The notes: generated from the sequence alone by a model not told the origin. 64,000 nt of DNA from a virus (IMGVR_UViG_3300031088_000782:224001-288000), one strand, 5' to 3'; shown: positions 29,685-38,899, counted from the first letter of the stretch. A program made the numbers and translations.

Positions 29685-31409
29685 TTAACCAAGTTTTTTC
29701 AACAATTCGTTAAAACGGATAATGCTTGTGGCTTGACGGCGAGCAGCGTCTACCTCACATCTATCCTCAGAAACAGCCCTCACCAGAGCATGTTCCATTG
29801 TAATCTCACGATCTATCTGATACTGTTTGATCCCCTCAATGTCAGCATGAAGGATCATTCGTGAAACTTCTTCATCAACATTAAGAATTTCACGAACAGC
29901 AAATCTTGACTCGCCATCCTTCGACTGCAATAGAACCTGATTAGCAAAACCACGAACATTCTCTGACAATGAACCAAGAATTCGAATCTGATCATCTCCC
30001 TGATACAAAGAACGAATACGGTTTACAGTAGCCGGGGCTGAATTAGTGTGCATAGTCGAAATAGCCAAATGGCCTGTCTCAGCAGCTCTCAACAATTCAT
30101 TAACCTCAGTCTGATTCCTAACCTCACCAATCATTATAATGTCTGGTGCCTGACGCATAGCACTCGTCAAAGCGCCAGCAAAGGTTCGGGTATCTCTACC
30201 AACCTCACGTTGAGTAATCAATGCCTTACCCTCTGTTCCGTACATGAACTCAACAGGTCTCTCAACCGTAATAATCTTACAAGCCCTGTCCATCTGAATC
30301 TTATGTATCAAAGAAGCCAAAGTGCTCGATTTTCCAGTTCCCGTTGGCCCATTCATCATGACCAAACCATTCGGCAAATCACACCAATCAATCAAATCTT
30401 GCTCAACACCCAAATCTTCAGGCATAGGAATGATGTTACTGATAATACGGAACACCATAGCAAAATCTCCACCATTAGCCTTCAACACAGACAAACGCAA
30501 ACGTCTCCCCTGATACTTTCCCTTCTTTACGACATAAGAAGCATCCAATTCAAGATCCGTAGCAAAATCAGATTGCGCAACATGTGAAGTAATATTTGTG
30601 AAAATTCTCTGCACAATAGTAGCAGGAATAATACCAAAATCACTCACACGTCGAATGTCACCTAAAACAGTATAAGCAATATAATCATTCGGAGAAATAT
30701 GAATATCCGAAGCCTTCAAATCAATTCCAAAACCAATAATCGCATCAATATCAAACCCAGAAAACTCATCCTCAAAATCATCCTCACTCAAATCATAAGC
30801 ACCAGAGAAAGAATCCTCACTCTCATCCCCATTAAAAGCAGCATCTAAAATAGAATCAACATCATCCGAAACGGGATCATCACTATCATGCTCATCAATA
30901 GTATTCAAAACATTCTCAAACGAATCAAACTGAGCAGTGTCCTCAATACTATCATCTTCATCAATGTCTAAATCAGTATGAGAATCATAATCAGAATTTT
31001 CATAACCTTCATCAAACTCTTCATCAACAGAATCGTAAGAGCGAGAACGGTAATGTGAATCATAATCATCCTCATTGCCATTCACATCAACATAAAAATC
31101 AGGAATACTATGAGCAGATTCTTCGTATTCTCCATGCCCCTCATCTTTGACAACATACACATCCTCAACACCAGGCAAAGCATCATCCTCGATCTCATAA
31201 CCAATAAGATCTTCATTCGGATTACCCTCAATCAAATCACGAGAATGCTCAAAAGTTCCAGTAGACAAATTGCTCACATCAACATCAAGAGACATCAGAT
31301 CAAAACTATCCTCATACTCTTCCTCCTCATCAGAATCATCTAACAAAGGATTCACAACATCATCCTCATCGTCCAATAAAGGATTCGAGTCATCATTCAG
31401 ATCATCCAT
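29685..31409 (-). CDS. pilT: PilT/PilU-family ATPase with ~210-aa acidic N-terminal extension
   Basis: ASDIHI, GPTGTGKSSTL, ITVERPVE, QREVG, RQAPDIIMIGEVR, AETGHLAISTMHT. Confidence 0.85.
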   Translation of the reverse strand: MDDLNDDSNPLLDDEDDVVNPLLDDSDEEEEYEDSFDLMSLDVDVSNLSTGTFEHSRDLIEGNPNEDLIGYEIEDDALPGVEDVYVVKDEGHGEYEESAHSIPDFYVDVNGNEDDYDSHYRSRSYDSVDEEFDEGYENSDYDSHTDLDIDEDDSIEDTAQFDSFENVLNTIDEHDSDDPVSDDVDSILDAAFNGDESEDSFSGAYDLSEDDFEDEFSGFDIDAIIGFGIDLKASDIHISPNDYIAYTVLGDIRRVSDFGIIPATIVQRIFTNITSHVAQSDFATDLELDASYVVKKGKYQGRRLRLSVLKANGGDFAMVFRIISNIIPMPEDLGVEQDLIDWCDLPNGLVMMNGPTGTGKSSTLASLIHKIQMDRACKIITVERPVEFMYGTEGKALITQREVGRDTRTFAGALTSAMRQAPDIIMIGEVRNQTEVNELLRAAETGHLAISTMHTNSAPATVNRIRSLYQGDDQIRILGSLSENVRGFANQVLLQSKDGESRFAVREILNVDEEVSRMILHADIEGIKQYQIDREITMEHALVRAVSEDRCEVDAARRQATSIIRFNELLKKLG

Positions 31410-33736
31410 AAATCTCTCTCCTTAAACACACCGTCTTCAGTAATAACAGGAACGATATCAATACGCCCCTCCTGCCATAAACCAATCTCTTTAGAAATCT
31501 GCTCCAACTTACGAGCAGGGCCAATATTTTTACACACCCAAATAACTTTCTTATACAATCTATTATCAGCACGATAAGCTCTCAAAGTTTTCTCATAAGA
31601 ACCACTCGCTTTATTGTTAATCTCAATCTCCACAGCAATACTCTCCGGTGTTCCATCCTCATTTCTTGGACGAACAACAACAAGGTCAGGAACATGGTAA
31701 GCCAAACGAATATTGAAAGGCGGCATCAAAGCCCACATGTACTCATTCCCCAAAACTTGCTCAGGGCTTGGGCCGAAATTAACACCACCAGCACGCTCCC
31801 AAGAACGAAATTGTTTCTCAATCTCAGCCAACAATTCAGGACGATACACATCAGATTTATCAAACATCTTAATCTTTCCAAAAGCAGATTGAATCTCCAG
31901 CTCACTCACAAGCTTCTCACCAAACACCATCTCCCCCTTACCATCAACACGATTACGCACAGGAAATTCAGGAAGATTAAGAACATTCACATTAGCACCC
32001 CACAAGTTAGCAGCAGTATTATTTACCGTAAACTGATGCGGAAACATACTAAAAGTCAACTTGCTTTCGGTCACACGAGGCAAATCAAAACCAGACAAAA
32101 GCAAACCAGCCTCAGTCAAAAACCAAATCGGACGAGCACCATAAATCTTCCTATCAATCACCAAACCAACACTACGCAACTTCTTCAACCTATTATAAGA
32201 AGTCTGCACACTACAAGAAAACATACGAGCCAACTGCGCATCAGTAGCATAACGGAACATAGCCAAAAACTGCAAAGTCTCACGATCCTTAGCATTGAAA
32301 GAAGAACGAGAACCACGCTTCAAACCATCAGCACCACGCAAAGCCTGCTCATACAAAACAACCCTCGCCTTACGATCAGCCTCACTCTCACCCAACCCAT
32401 CAGAGTTAGAACGTAAAGAAGAAACCAAAGAATCATCACTCAAAACAGAAGACTTACTACCGCCTAGATTTTTGAAAAACTCCAACTCCGCAACATTCAC
32501 ACGACCATCATTAGACAAATAACGATAACGCTCCCGAGAACCAGAACCACTCTTTTTCACACCCTTATCAACTGCAGACGAAGAACCTTTTGTAACAGCA
32601 TCCGAATCTTTCGCAACACTTTCAGAACCTTCAGAAACATCACTAACAGAATCAGAAATAGAATCCACAACCGAATCTGAACTACCAGAAACTATACGAC
32701 CAGAGTCATCAACAACAACCTCACGAACAGGCTTCCTCTTAAAATCAGAATCAATAGCACGAGGTCCACGCTTCCCCTGCTTCTTCTTTTTAGAAGCCGC
32801 ACCACGCTTCTTCGAACGCTCACGAGAATCAACAATAGTCTCATAAAAAGAACCCAAACGATCCGCATCCCCATCAGAAACCAAAGACTTAAACTCAGCA
32901 CCAGACACAACAGAGTCACGAACAGACTCAACAGAATCAATAGAAACTTCATCTGTATTGCCTGACTCACTATTAGACAATCTTTCAACAGCCCCAACAG
33001 AATTAACTGCACCAGACACATAATCTTCATCCTCCTCATCAACAAAAGGATTAAAAGAATCAGAAACAGAATCACTTGCCGGAATACCAGAAGACTCTTT
33101 TACACTCTTTGTAGAAACATTATCAAAACCGACAAAAGTTTCAGAATCATCATCCTCGCTACCATCAACAAAAGATTCCCTATCTTGAATCCCACGAGAA
33201 ATAGCACCTACATCAATAATAAAATCAGAAGAACCAGAACTGGAATTTAAAACAGAATCATCATCCTCCCCCACAAATTCATCAAAGAATTCATCATCAA
33301 AAGAATCAAACGAATCATCAACTCCATCAGAAAAATCTTCAACAGAATCGGTCAAATCAGAATCAGCAACAGAATTAAAGTCAACACTGGAACCCTCAGA
33401 AATTTCATCCTCCTCATCAACAAAAGGATTAAAGGAATCAGAATCAACACCTGAACTATTTGAGACAACAACATCTTTTATAGAATCACCAATAGAAGAA
33501 TCATTTACTGAAACACTTGTAGAAGACTTTTCAATAGAATCCTCAACCGGAGAAACATCATCAAATTTAATAGGACTAAACTTAAACTTCTTCACAGGAG
33601 AAACAGAACTACTATCAATAATAGAATCTTTATCATAATTCTCAACATCACTAGTATCTGAAACGACAACAGATTCATCTACTATACTATCATCACTATC
33701 AGAAGAACCAAAATTAGGTTTTTTAAACTCAACCAT
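31397..33736 (-). CDS. Replication-relaxation (Replic_Relax) family protein with long acidic N-terminal region
   Basis: wHTH RDRETLQFLAMFRYATDAQLARMF..RLKKL, HQFTV, HVPDL..AVEIE..K..Y; ATG 33736 preferred over 33802. Confidence 0.75.
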   Translation of the reverse strand: MVEFKKPNFGSSDSDDSIVDESVVVSDTSDVENYDKDSIIDSSSVSPVKKFKFSPIKFDDVSPVEDSIEKSSTSVSVNDSSIGDSIKDVVVSNSSGVDSDSFNPFVDEEDEISEGSSVDFNSVADSDLTDSVEDFSDGVDDSFDSFDDEFFDEFVGEDDDSVLNSSSGSSDFIIDVGAISRGIQDRESFVDGSEDDDSETFVGFDNVSTKSVKESSGIPASDSVSDSFNPFVDEEDEDYVSGAVNSVGAVERLSNSESGNTDEVSIDSVESVRDSVVSGAEFKSLVSDGDADRLGSFYETIVDSRERSKKRGAASKKKKQGKRGPRAIDSDFKRKPVREVVVDDSGRIVSGSSDSVVDSISDSVSDVSEGSESVAKDSDAVTKGSSSAVDKGVKKSGSGSRERYRYLSNDGRVNVAELEFFKNLGGSKSSVLSDDSLVSSLRSNSDGLGESEADRKARVVLYEQALRGADGLKRGSRSSFNAKDRETLQFLAMFRYATDAQLARMFSCSVQTSYNRLKKLRSVGLVIDRKIYGARPIWFLTEAGLLLSGFDLPRVTESKLTFSMFPHQFTVNNTAANLWGANVNVLNLPEFPVRNRVDGKGEMVFGEKLVSELEIQSAFGKIKMFDKSDVYRPELLAEIEKQFRSWERAGGVNFGPSPEQVLGNEYMWALMPPFNIRLAYHVPDLVVVRPRNEDGTPESIAVEIEINNKASGSYEKTLRAYRADNRLYKKVIWVCKNIGPARKLEQISKEIGLWQEGRIDIVPVITEDGVFKERDLWMI
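33027..33443. repeat. 39-bp direct repeat (33027-33065 and 33405-33443, 1 mismatch) encoding SDSFNPFVDEEDE
   Basis: Direct sequence comparison. Confidence 0.85.
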
Positions 33737-33821
33737 CAACAAACACCACCAAACAACATCAAAGGAACAATACATTACATATAAGCAAACATAACAAAAC
33801 ACTCATAATAAGACACAAATA

Positions 33822-33828
33822 AATATCA
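33822..33828 (-). promoter_or_regulatory. YTGATATT box upstream of Replic_Relax gene
   Basis: tTGATATT on the minus strand, 92 nt before ATG 33736. Confidence 0.45.
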
Positions 33829-34193
33829 AGGACAAGAAAAAATTAAAAATAAGACCATTTAAAGAAGCTTTAAAAACCCTTACCTAAGCACAAAAAGATA
33901 AAAACAATCCCCTTTAACATAATAAAACGCCAAGAGAAACCCGCAAATAACGAAAAAGAAGAAAAAGTAACATGAAGTTACTATTAACAACAAACCATCC
34001 TCTACTGTTATTAGCTTTATATACATAGGTATAAAGAAAGCCTTCAAAAACCCCGTAGCCTAACCATGCCATAGGAACGTGGGTCGTGGTGTCACCCTTG
34101 TCCGCTACGCGGACGCAACTATTGTTCAAGCGCAGGGCGCTTTCTCAGATAGTTGCCCGAACGCCTGGGGGCGTCCGGAGGGTGCCAGTTTGT

Positions 34194-34893
34194 CGCTGAC
34201 GCGCCAAACCTGATACGGCAATGCTGACGCATCACCGTATCAGCCACTCGGTCGGGGAGTGGAGTGTTGTTTGTGAGTGCGTTGTTACTTACGTTCACAA
34301 ACTTGCGGTTCGGGTTTGATAAATGTTGCAAAAGGGTTTGCTAAACATTTGAGAAAGGAGACAAGGTAGAAGGTCCGAGGAAAGAGAAGAGTTGAAGAAA
34401 GAACGTAGGTGTGCGCTACACTGTTAAGGTAGCGGTTCAAAAGTCAGGACAGGTCAGGGTCATGGGTGTGCGGAACACTACGCCACAACATAGGGTTAAG
34501 AAAAGGAATGGGTGTGCGCTACACAGCAAAGGCAAGGGTTGGGGGTTGTAAGTGTGCGGAACACTCCAACAGCGGTAGCGGAACGAATGGCGCGTCAGCG
34601 ACAGGCGTGACATGAACGTGCCGCGTCAGCGGGACGTTCAGCGAAAAGCGCGTCAGCGGTTTGAGTCGGCTTGGTGGGGAGGGGAAGTTGAGGAACGTGG
34701 GTGTGCGAAACACTGTGGTTAGGTCACGATGAAAACGAAACGTGAGTGGAACGGAAAGCACCGCGTCAGCGGGGATTGTAGTGGAACGTGAGTGTAGTTG
34801 GAATGGGACTTGGTTGCAGTCACCGTGAAAAGCTGGGAACGGATCATGCTCAGGTTATAGTCACCGGGAATGGTTGAGGGGTGAGCGTCAGCG
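34194..34893. repeat. GCGTCAGCG repeats
   Basis: Forward at 34592, 34623, 34650, 34763, 34885; reverse at 34194 and (8/9) 34223. Confidence 0.85.
34409..34713. repeat. GTGTGCGnnACAC quasi-palindromic repeats
   Basis: Copies at 34409, 34466, 34512, 34552, 34701. Confidence 0.85.
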
Positions 34894-35180
34894 AACTTGT
34901 GTTTGCGAAGTGTTGGTCAAGTGGTTTGTGAATGGTGGGTATGGTTAGTGTGGTGGTTGGGTTCGGGTGTTTGTTGAGTGTTCGTGTTGGGTGTGGGGAA
35001 AGTGTGAAAAAATTGTTGGGAAAATTTGTTGCTGAAATGTTAGGTTGTATTTCTTTTTTTTTATTTTTTATTTTTCTTTTTTGTCAAGGGTTTTGTGGGG
35101 TTGCTGTTTTTGGTGGTTTGGGGTAGACTGGTGTTGGTGCTTGTTTTTAGTTGGTCTATTTTTTGGAGTTGTTTGTTGTG

Positions 35181-35370
35181 ATGTTTCGTAAATATTTTGG
35201 TGAACATAATTTTGTAAATGATTCAAATGATGTTGGAGCCTGGTGAGGTTGTGTCGTTGCGTGTTGGTTCTCGTCCTTTGGATGTGGATCGTTATTATGG
35301 TGGTGAGTTTGGTTTTGAAGTTGAGGTTGAGCCTGGCAGTGAGATGACTGTTGTGCGTTTTCCTGATTAA
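35181..35370 (+). pseudogene. Frameshifted paralog of 57227..57439
   Basis: MFRKYFGEHNFVNDSND then, in another frame, MLEPGEVVSLRVGSRPLDV; consistent with a 14-nt deletion. Confidence 0.75.
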
Positions 35371-35392
35371 TTTCTTATGAGAGGTTGTTTTT

Positions 35393-35704
35393 ATGTTGAG
35401 TGATAAGTTTGAGAGTAATGTCGTTAGTGTTGGTTTGCCTGTTGAATATTGGGTTGATGTTGTGGATGAAATTTTTAGGAATTATTCGCCTACTACAACT
35501 ATTGCTGGTAAGGATGATTATAAGTTTCGGGATACTGTGTTTTATGATATGAATGATTTTTATACTTATTTATTGTTGAATTTTTTCGGTGAGGTAGATC
35601 TTTTGCATCCTGGTGAGGTTAATCTTGTTGAGTTTATCAATGGTGATTCGAGAACTTTGGGTGAGATTATTGAATATTGGGACTCTGTTAAGAGGGTTAT
35701 TTAG
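35393..35704 (+). CDS. Hypothetical protein
   Basis: GAGG RBS, 103 aa. Confidence 0.65.
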   Translation: MLSDKFESNVVSVGLPVEYWVDVVDEIFRNYSPTTTIAGKDDYKFRDTVFYDMNDFYTYLLLNFFGEVDLLHPGEVNLVEFINGDSRTLGEIIEYWDSVKRVI

Positions 35705-35832
35705 TGGTGTGAATCTTGCGTAGTGTAAATGCTTGCTGTATAGTTTGTGAGTGAATATGTTGCTCATATTTCAGGTACATTTAAGTCTCCTATGAAAAAT
35801 GTTGATGTTAAATAATTTTTATATTTTTTAAC

Positions 35833-35873
35833 AAGTGGGAGTGACATCAGTATATTTGATGTCATTCCCACTT
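35833..35873 (+). terminator. Hairpin terminator
   Basis: AAGTGGGAGTGACATC / GATGTCATTCCCACTT plus a T-run. Confidence 0.7.
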
Positions 35874-35913
35874 TTTTCATGTTGTATATTTTTATTTACT
35901 TGTTTGGCAATGG

Positions 35914-35943
35914 TTGACAAATTCTGTTTGAATAGTGTATGAT
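35914..35943 (+). promoter_or_regulatory. sigma70/SigA-type promoter
   Basis: TTGACA-18-TATGAT. Confidence 0.65.
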
Positions 35944-36004
35944 TAATAGTGTCGTAAATTTTTAATATTGTTTATTGTGTTTATCTAACTCTTGGAGGGT
36001 TATT

Positions 36005-36166
36005 GTGGCTTTGGATTATTATGATCGTGATGAGGCTCTTGCGGTGATTAATCAGTGGGTGCTGGATGGTTCTCGTATTGAGTCTTGGGGTGCTGATAAT
36101 TCTTGTGAGTGGATTAATCTTCGTGGTTCTGATGGCTGTCTTGAGGATTTTGTTATCTATTTTTGA
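36005..36166 (+). CDS. Small hypothetical protein
   Basis: GGAGG RBS before GTG 36005. Confidence 0.6.
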   Translation: MALDYYDRDEALAVINQWVLDGSRIESWGADNSCEWINLRGSDGCLEDFVIYF

Positions 36167-36287
36167 GCCAATGAACAATAGGTGTGTTGTCTGTTGTGAA
36201 TCCTGTCAGGTTGCGTTAGGTGTTGTTTAGACATTGAACCTGTTGGTTTCATAATTTTCTAGCGTTTGCGAAGCGGGGTGTGTTGTC

Positions 36288-36632
36288 TTGTTGATTCGTG
36301 ATTTGATGTTTGGGGATTTTGTTTCTTATGGCATGAATCTTGTGTGCTCTTTTTGCCGAAGGGAGTTTTATTGGGTTTGCAATGATGCTCATTCTAATTC
36401 GATTTACAACCGTCCGTCTTATTGTTCTAATAGACATAGGGAAGAGGCTCGTTTGTTGAGACGTAGAGTTGAACAAAGCGGTGGGGATGTTTGTCCGTTC
36501 CCAGGAAAGAAGAGCTTTGTTGAGCGAGATGATGCTTTGGCTGTGATTGTAGCAAATCATTATGGGGATGATGGGTTGTTCCCGTATTTGTGTGTTTGTG
36601 GTTTGTGGCACAATGGGCATAGAATCAAATAA
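36288..36632 (+). CDS. Small Cys/His-rich zinc-binding protein
   Basis: CSFC, YCSNRH, CPFPGKKSF..DAL..YLCVCGLWH; start uncertain (possibly 36333). Confidence 0.65.
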   Translation: MLIRDLMFGDFVSYGMNLVCSFCRREFYWVCNDAHSNSIYNRPSYCSNRHREEARLLRRRVEQSGGDVCPFPGKKSFVERDDALAVIVANHYGDDGLFPYLCVCGLWHNGHRIK

Positions 36633-36845
36633 TTTTTTGTGGTAGCAGTGATTTCGGCTTGGTGTTTGCAACAGTATTTTCCTATGCTATGATTAAGTGT
36701 GGCAAAAGAGTTGAGAATAAAGGTTTGAGAGTTACTTGGCTTGTCTATCTGGTTGAGAAAATTTGTGAAAGAGGTTGCGAAAGATACTGTAGTAGTGTAG
36801 GATGGACAGTAGAAACAAAGAAAACAGTAGGTATCATTAGCAAAG

Positions 36846-37052
36846 GTGAATGAAATGTTTAAAGCGGCTTGTGCGTTCTCTCGTGGAGATAAAATGGTTT
36901 CGCGCGGGATTAGTGACAAGGTTGAGATTCTGACTGTGACTCATTCGTCTTATGGTTCAGAGGAAACTCAAGATAAGGTGTGGATTGAGTTTGGCAATGA
37001 ACGTCGATTGTTTGATTATGATGCTCGACTTGAATACGTTGAGAGTGAATAA
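36846..37052 (+). CDS. Small hypothetical protein
   Basis: 68 aa followed by a hairpin. Confidence 0.55.
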   Translation: MNEMFKAACAFSRGDKMVSRGISDKVEILTVTHSSYGSEETQDKVWIEFGNERRLFDYDARLEYVESE

Positions 37053-37071
37053 GATTCTTAAATAGTTCAAT

Positions 37072-37120
37072 AACAATTAGAGCACCTATCTCCCGTTAAG
37101 AAATAGGTGCTCTAATTGTT
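37072..37120. terminator. Hairpin terminator
   Basis: AACAATTAGAGCACCTAT / ATAGGTGCTCTAATTGTT. Confidence 0.7.
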
Positions 37121-37265
37121 TCTTTTGTTGCAACGGAAATTTCTCGTTCTCACTTTCTTGACATATTGTTTAATGTAATATAATATGTATTCTACATGTT
37201 CGTTGATTTATTATTGAATGTTTGTTAATGCAGAAATGCCTATTTGAGAAAATTTTAAAAGGAGA

Positions 37266-37640
37266 TTGAAAATGGGATTGTTTACCGATAAGAGCAAAGA
37301 AGCAAATAGCAACAAAAACGCAGAAGTCTATTGTTTTGACATTACTATGATGAATGGGGATATTTTCTGTATTATTCATTCTCTTGAATTTGATCGCGGA
37401 ATATGGCTAGAAGTCAATAATCATTTTGCCTATGCTGTCGGGAACGAAGATCTTTGGGATAAGAAGAACAATGTTGTTGATCGCAATAATTTCATTAGTT
37501 ATGATAGGCAGATTAAACTGATTTGTGCTTCAGGAAAGGCAGACATTCTTATCAACCCTAAAGCTATTGCTTATGTCGGGGAAGTTTCAATTGGAGAAAC
37601 AAGTAATTCTGAACTATCCCGAGCGCGAAACAACAGGTAA
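37266..37640 (+). CDS. Hypothetical protein
   Basis: AAGGAG RBS; TTGACA at 37158 upstream. Confidence 0.65.
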   Translation: MKMGLFTDKSKEANSNKNAEVYCFDITMMNGDIFCIIHSLEFDRGIWLEVNNHFAYAVGNEDLWDKKNNVVDRNNFISYDRQIKLICASGKADILINPKAIAYVGEVSIGETSNSELSRARNNR

Positions 37641-37831
37641 GAAAAAAGGCGAAATTGTTCAACCCGATTATACTATTGGAGGATATGCTAAAAACTTTCC
37701 AATGAGTAGTGTTGGTTATGGATTATTTCTGGATTAAGTGCTTTACGTTTGAGTGCTGTTGTTGTTGAAAATTGTTTGGCTGTTTGAAAAGTAATTTAGT
37801 TTGAGAATGGTTGTATATTTGAGGGGTTGCT

Positions 37832-38148
37832 GTGAGTGCTGTTGCTGATTCTCAGTCAAGCAGTCGAATGGATCGTGACAATTTTTCTTTGGTGACTGTG
37901 TTCTATTATGTAGGGGTTCCGCTTACGACGGTGTGTGTGCTGTTTTGAGCGGGTATTTTATTGCGCTGGGGAATGTGTCAGTTGGTATAGGGTTAGTTGT
38001 TTCTGCGGCTGTTTTTGGTTCTGTGGGTGCTGTCATTGTGCGCAACATGGTTGAACAGATTTCTTTCACTGTTCCGAAAATTATGTTTCAAGTCTTAGCA
38101 CTGATTGTTGCAGTGTTGGTTATTCGTGTTGTTCATGCTGGAATTTAA
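37832..38148 (+). pseudogene. Membrane protein gene frameshifted at a (GT)4G tract
   Basis: Frame from GTG 37832 stops just after the tract at 37931-37939; removing one GT joins it to ORF 37933..38148. Confidence 0.6.
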
Positions 38149-38168
38149 AAATAATTTTGGTGAATGTA

Positions 38169-38197
38169 TTGACTTGTTTTTGTTGATGTTATATACT
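38169..38197 (+). promoter_or_regulatory. sigma70/SigA-type promoter
   Basis: TTGACT-17-TATACT. Confidence 0.7.
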
Positions 38198-38255
38198 GTG
38201 ATGAGTTTGTTCATTAATGTATTTTTAATTTTTGATTGTTAGTAAGAATTTGTAA

Positions 38256-38585
38256 ATGTATGTGAAAGGAAACAATGTTATGGCTAGTGTAAAAGATTTG
38301 GATTTTAGTGATGTTGATTTGCTTGTTCTTGTTGATCGTGTAGAGGGCGGTTGGAATGCTGAGGTGAGCGAGGGCTTTACGGGGTCTTCGACTGATGATG
38401 GCGGGGACACTTTTGGCGAGTTGTTGAATAATGTTTTCGCTTGGGCTGGGATTAGTGGCTTTGAGTTCGGGGTTGATGACTCTGTTGATGATGTTCGTAG
38501 TGCTGTTAAGCGTTGGAATGATGAAGCAAATGAGCTAGGAATTGATTTTACTGTTCGAATTTATACTGGTTTTGGAATTGTTTAA
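38256..38585 (+). CDS. Hypothetical acidic protein
   Basis: ORF behind a consensus promoter; start may be ATG 38280. Confidence 0.6.
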   Translation: MYVKGNNVMASVKDLDFSDVDLLVLVDRVEGGWNAEVSEGFTGSSTDDGGDTFGELLNNVFAWAGISGFEFGVDDSVDDVRSAVKRWNDEANELGIDFTVRIYTGFGIV

Positions 38586-38646
38586 TTAGTTCTATGATTT
38601 GACAATGTTGAGCTGGTAAAGTTGTGTAAAGTTGTTGATTAATGAT

Positions 38647-38701
38647 GAATAAAGAATGACCTCATGCATTGCACTGTTGCCCATGAGGTCATTCTTTATT
38701 C
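38647..38701. terminator. Bidirectional hairpin terminator
   Basis: 20-bp perfect stem between convergent genes. Confidence 0.75.
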
Positions 38702-38707
38702 AGTTTT

Positions 38708-38899
38708 TTAATCTTCAATAAGGTAAGTGAGTTGGGGGAGGATTATTCCGTTTGCGTTGTTGCTTGTTCGGTAGTAAGTGTAAACAAATCCTTCTGGGCT
38801 ATCTTCGTGCTTTTGGGTGCCGGTGATGATTGCGTCTGTAATCGTCATTCCGTGAGGACGAACGATTACGGGGGTTCCGGGCTTGATTGCGGTGTTCAT
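38708..38899 (-). CDS. Small hypothetical protein
   Basis: MNTAIKPGTPVIV; minus-strand TTGCGA-17-TATACT upstream. Confidence 0.6.
   Translation of the reverse strand: MNTAIKPGTPVIVRPHGMTITDAIITGTQKHEDSPEGFVYTYYRTSNNANGIILPQLTYLIED

Larger units (their letters stand above)
33850..35150. other. Putative replication origin and/or oriT
   Basis: 1.3 kb non-coding between divergent gene blocks; GC skew flips; AT-rich flank, GC-rich hairpins and repeats; adjacent to Replic_Relax. Confidence 0.65.

Noticed and set aside
30048-33075. Long shadow ORFs (30048..30587, 31694..32416, 32692..33075) overlapping pilT and Replic_Relax
   Set aside because: They arise from stop-poor skewed composition, overlap motif-bearing genes and have no RBS.
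33737-33802. N-terminal extension of Replic_Relax (MFCYVCLY..)
   Set aside because: An artefact of G/T-rich non-coding DNA; a GGTGG RBS-like site precedes ATG 33736.
2461-33828. YTGATATT as an ordinary extended -10 (TGnTAnnnT)
   Set aside because: Only 2 of 8 sites have the conserved final T, so it was kept as a separate motif.
34194-34893. Origin-region repeats as a CRISPR array
   Set aside because: Units are 9-13 bp, irregularly spaced, two families are interleaved, and there are no cas genes.
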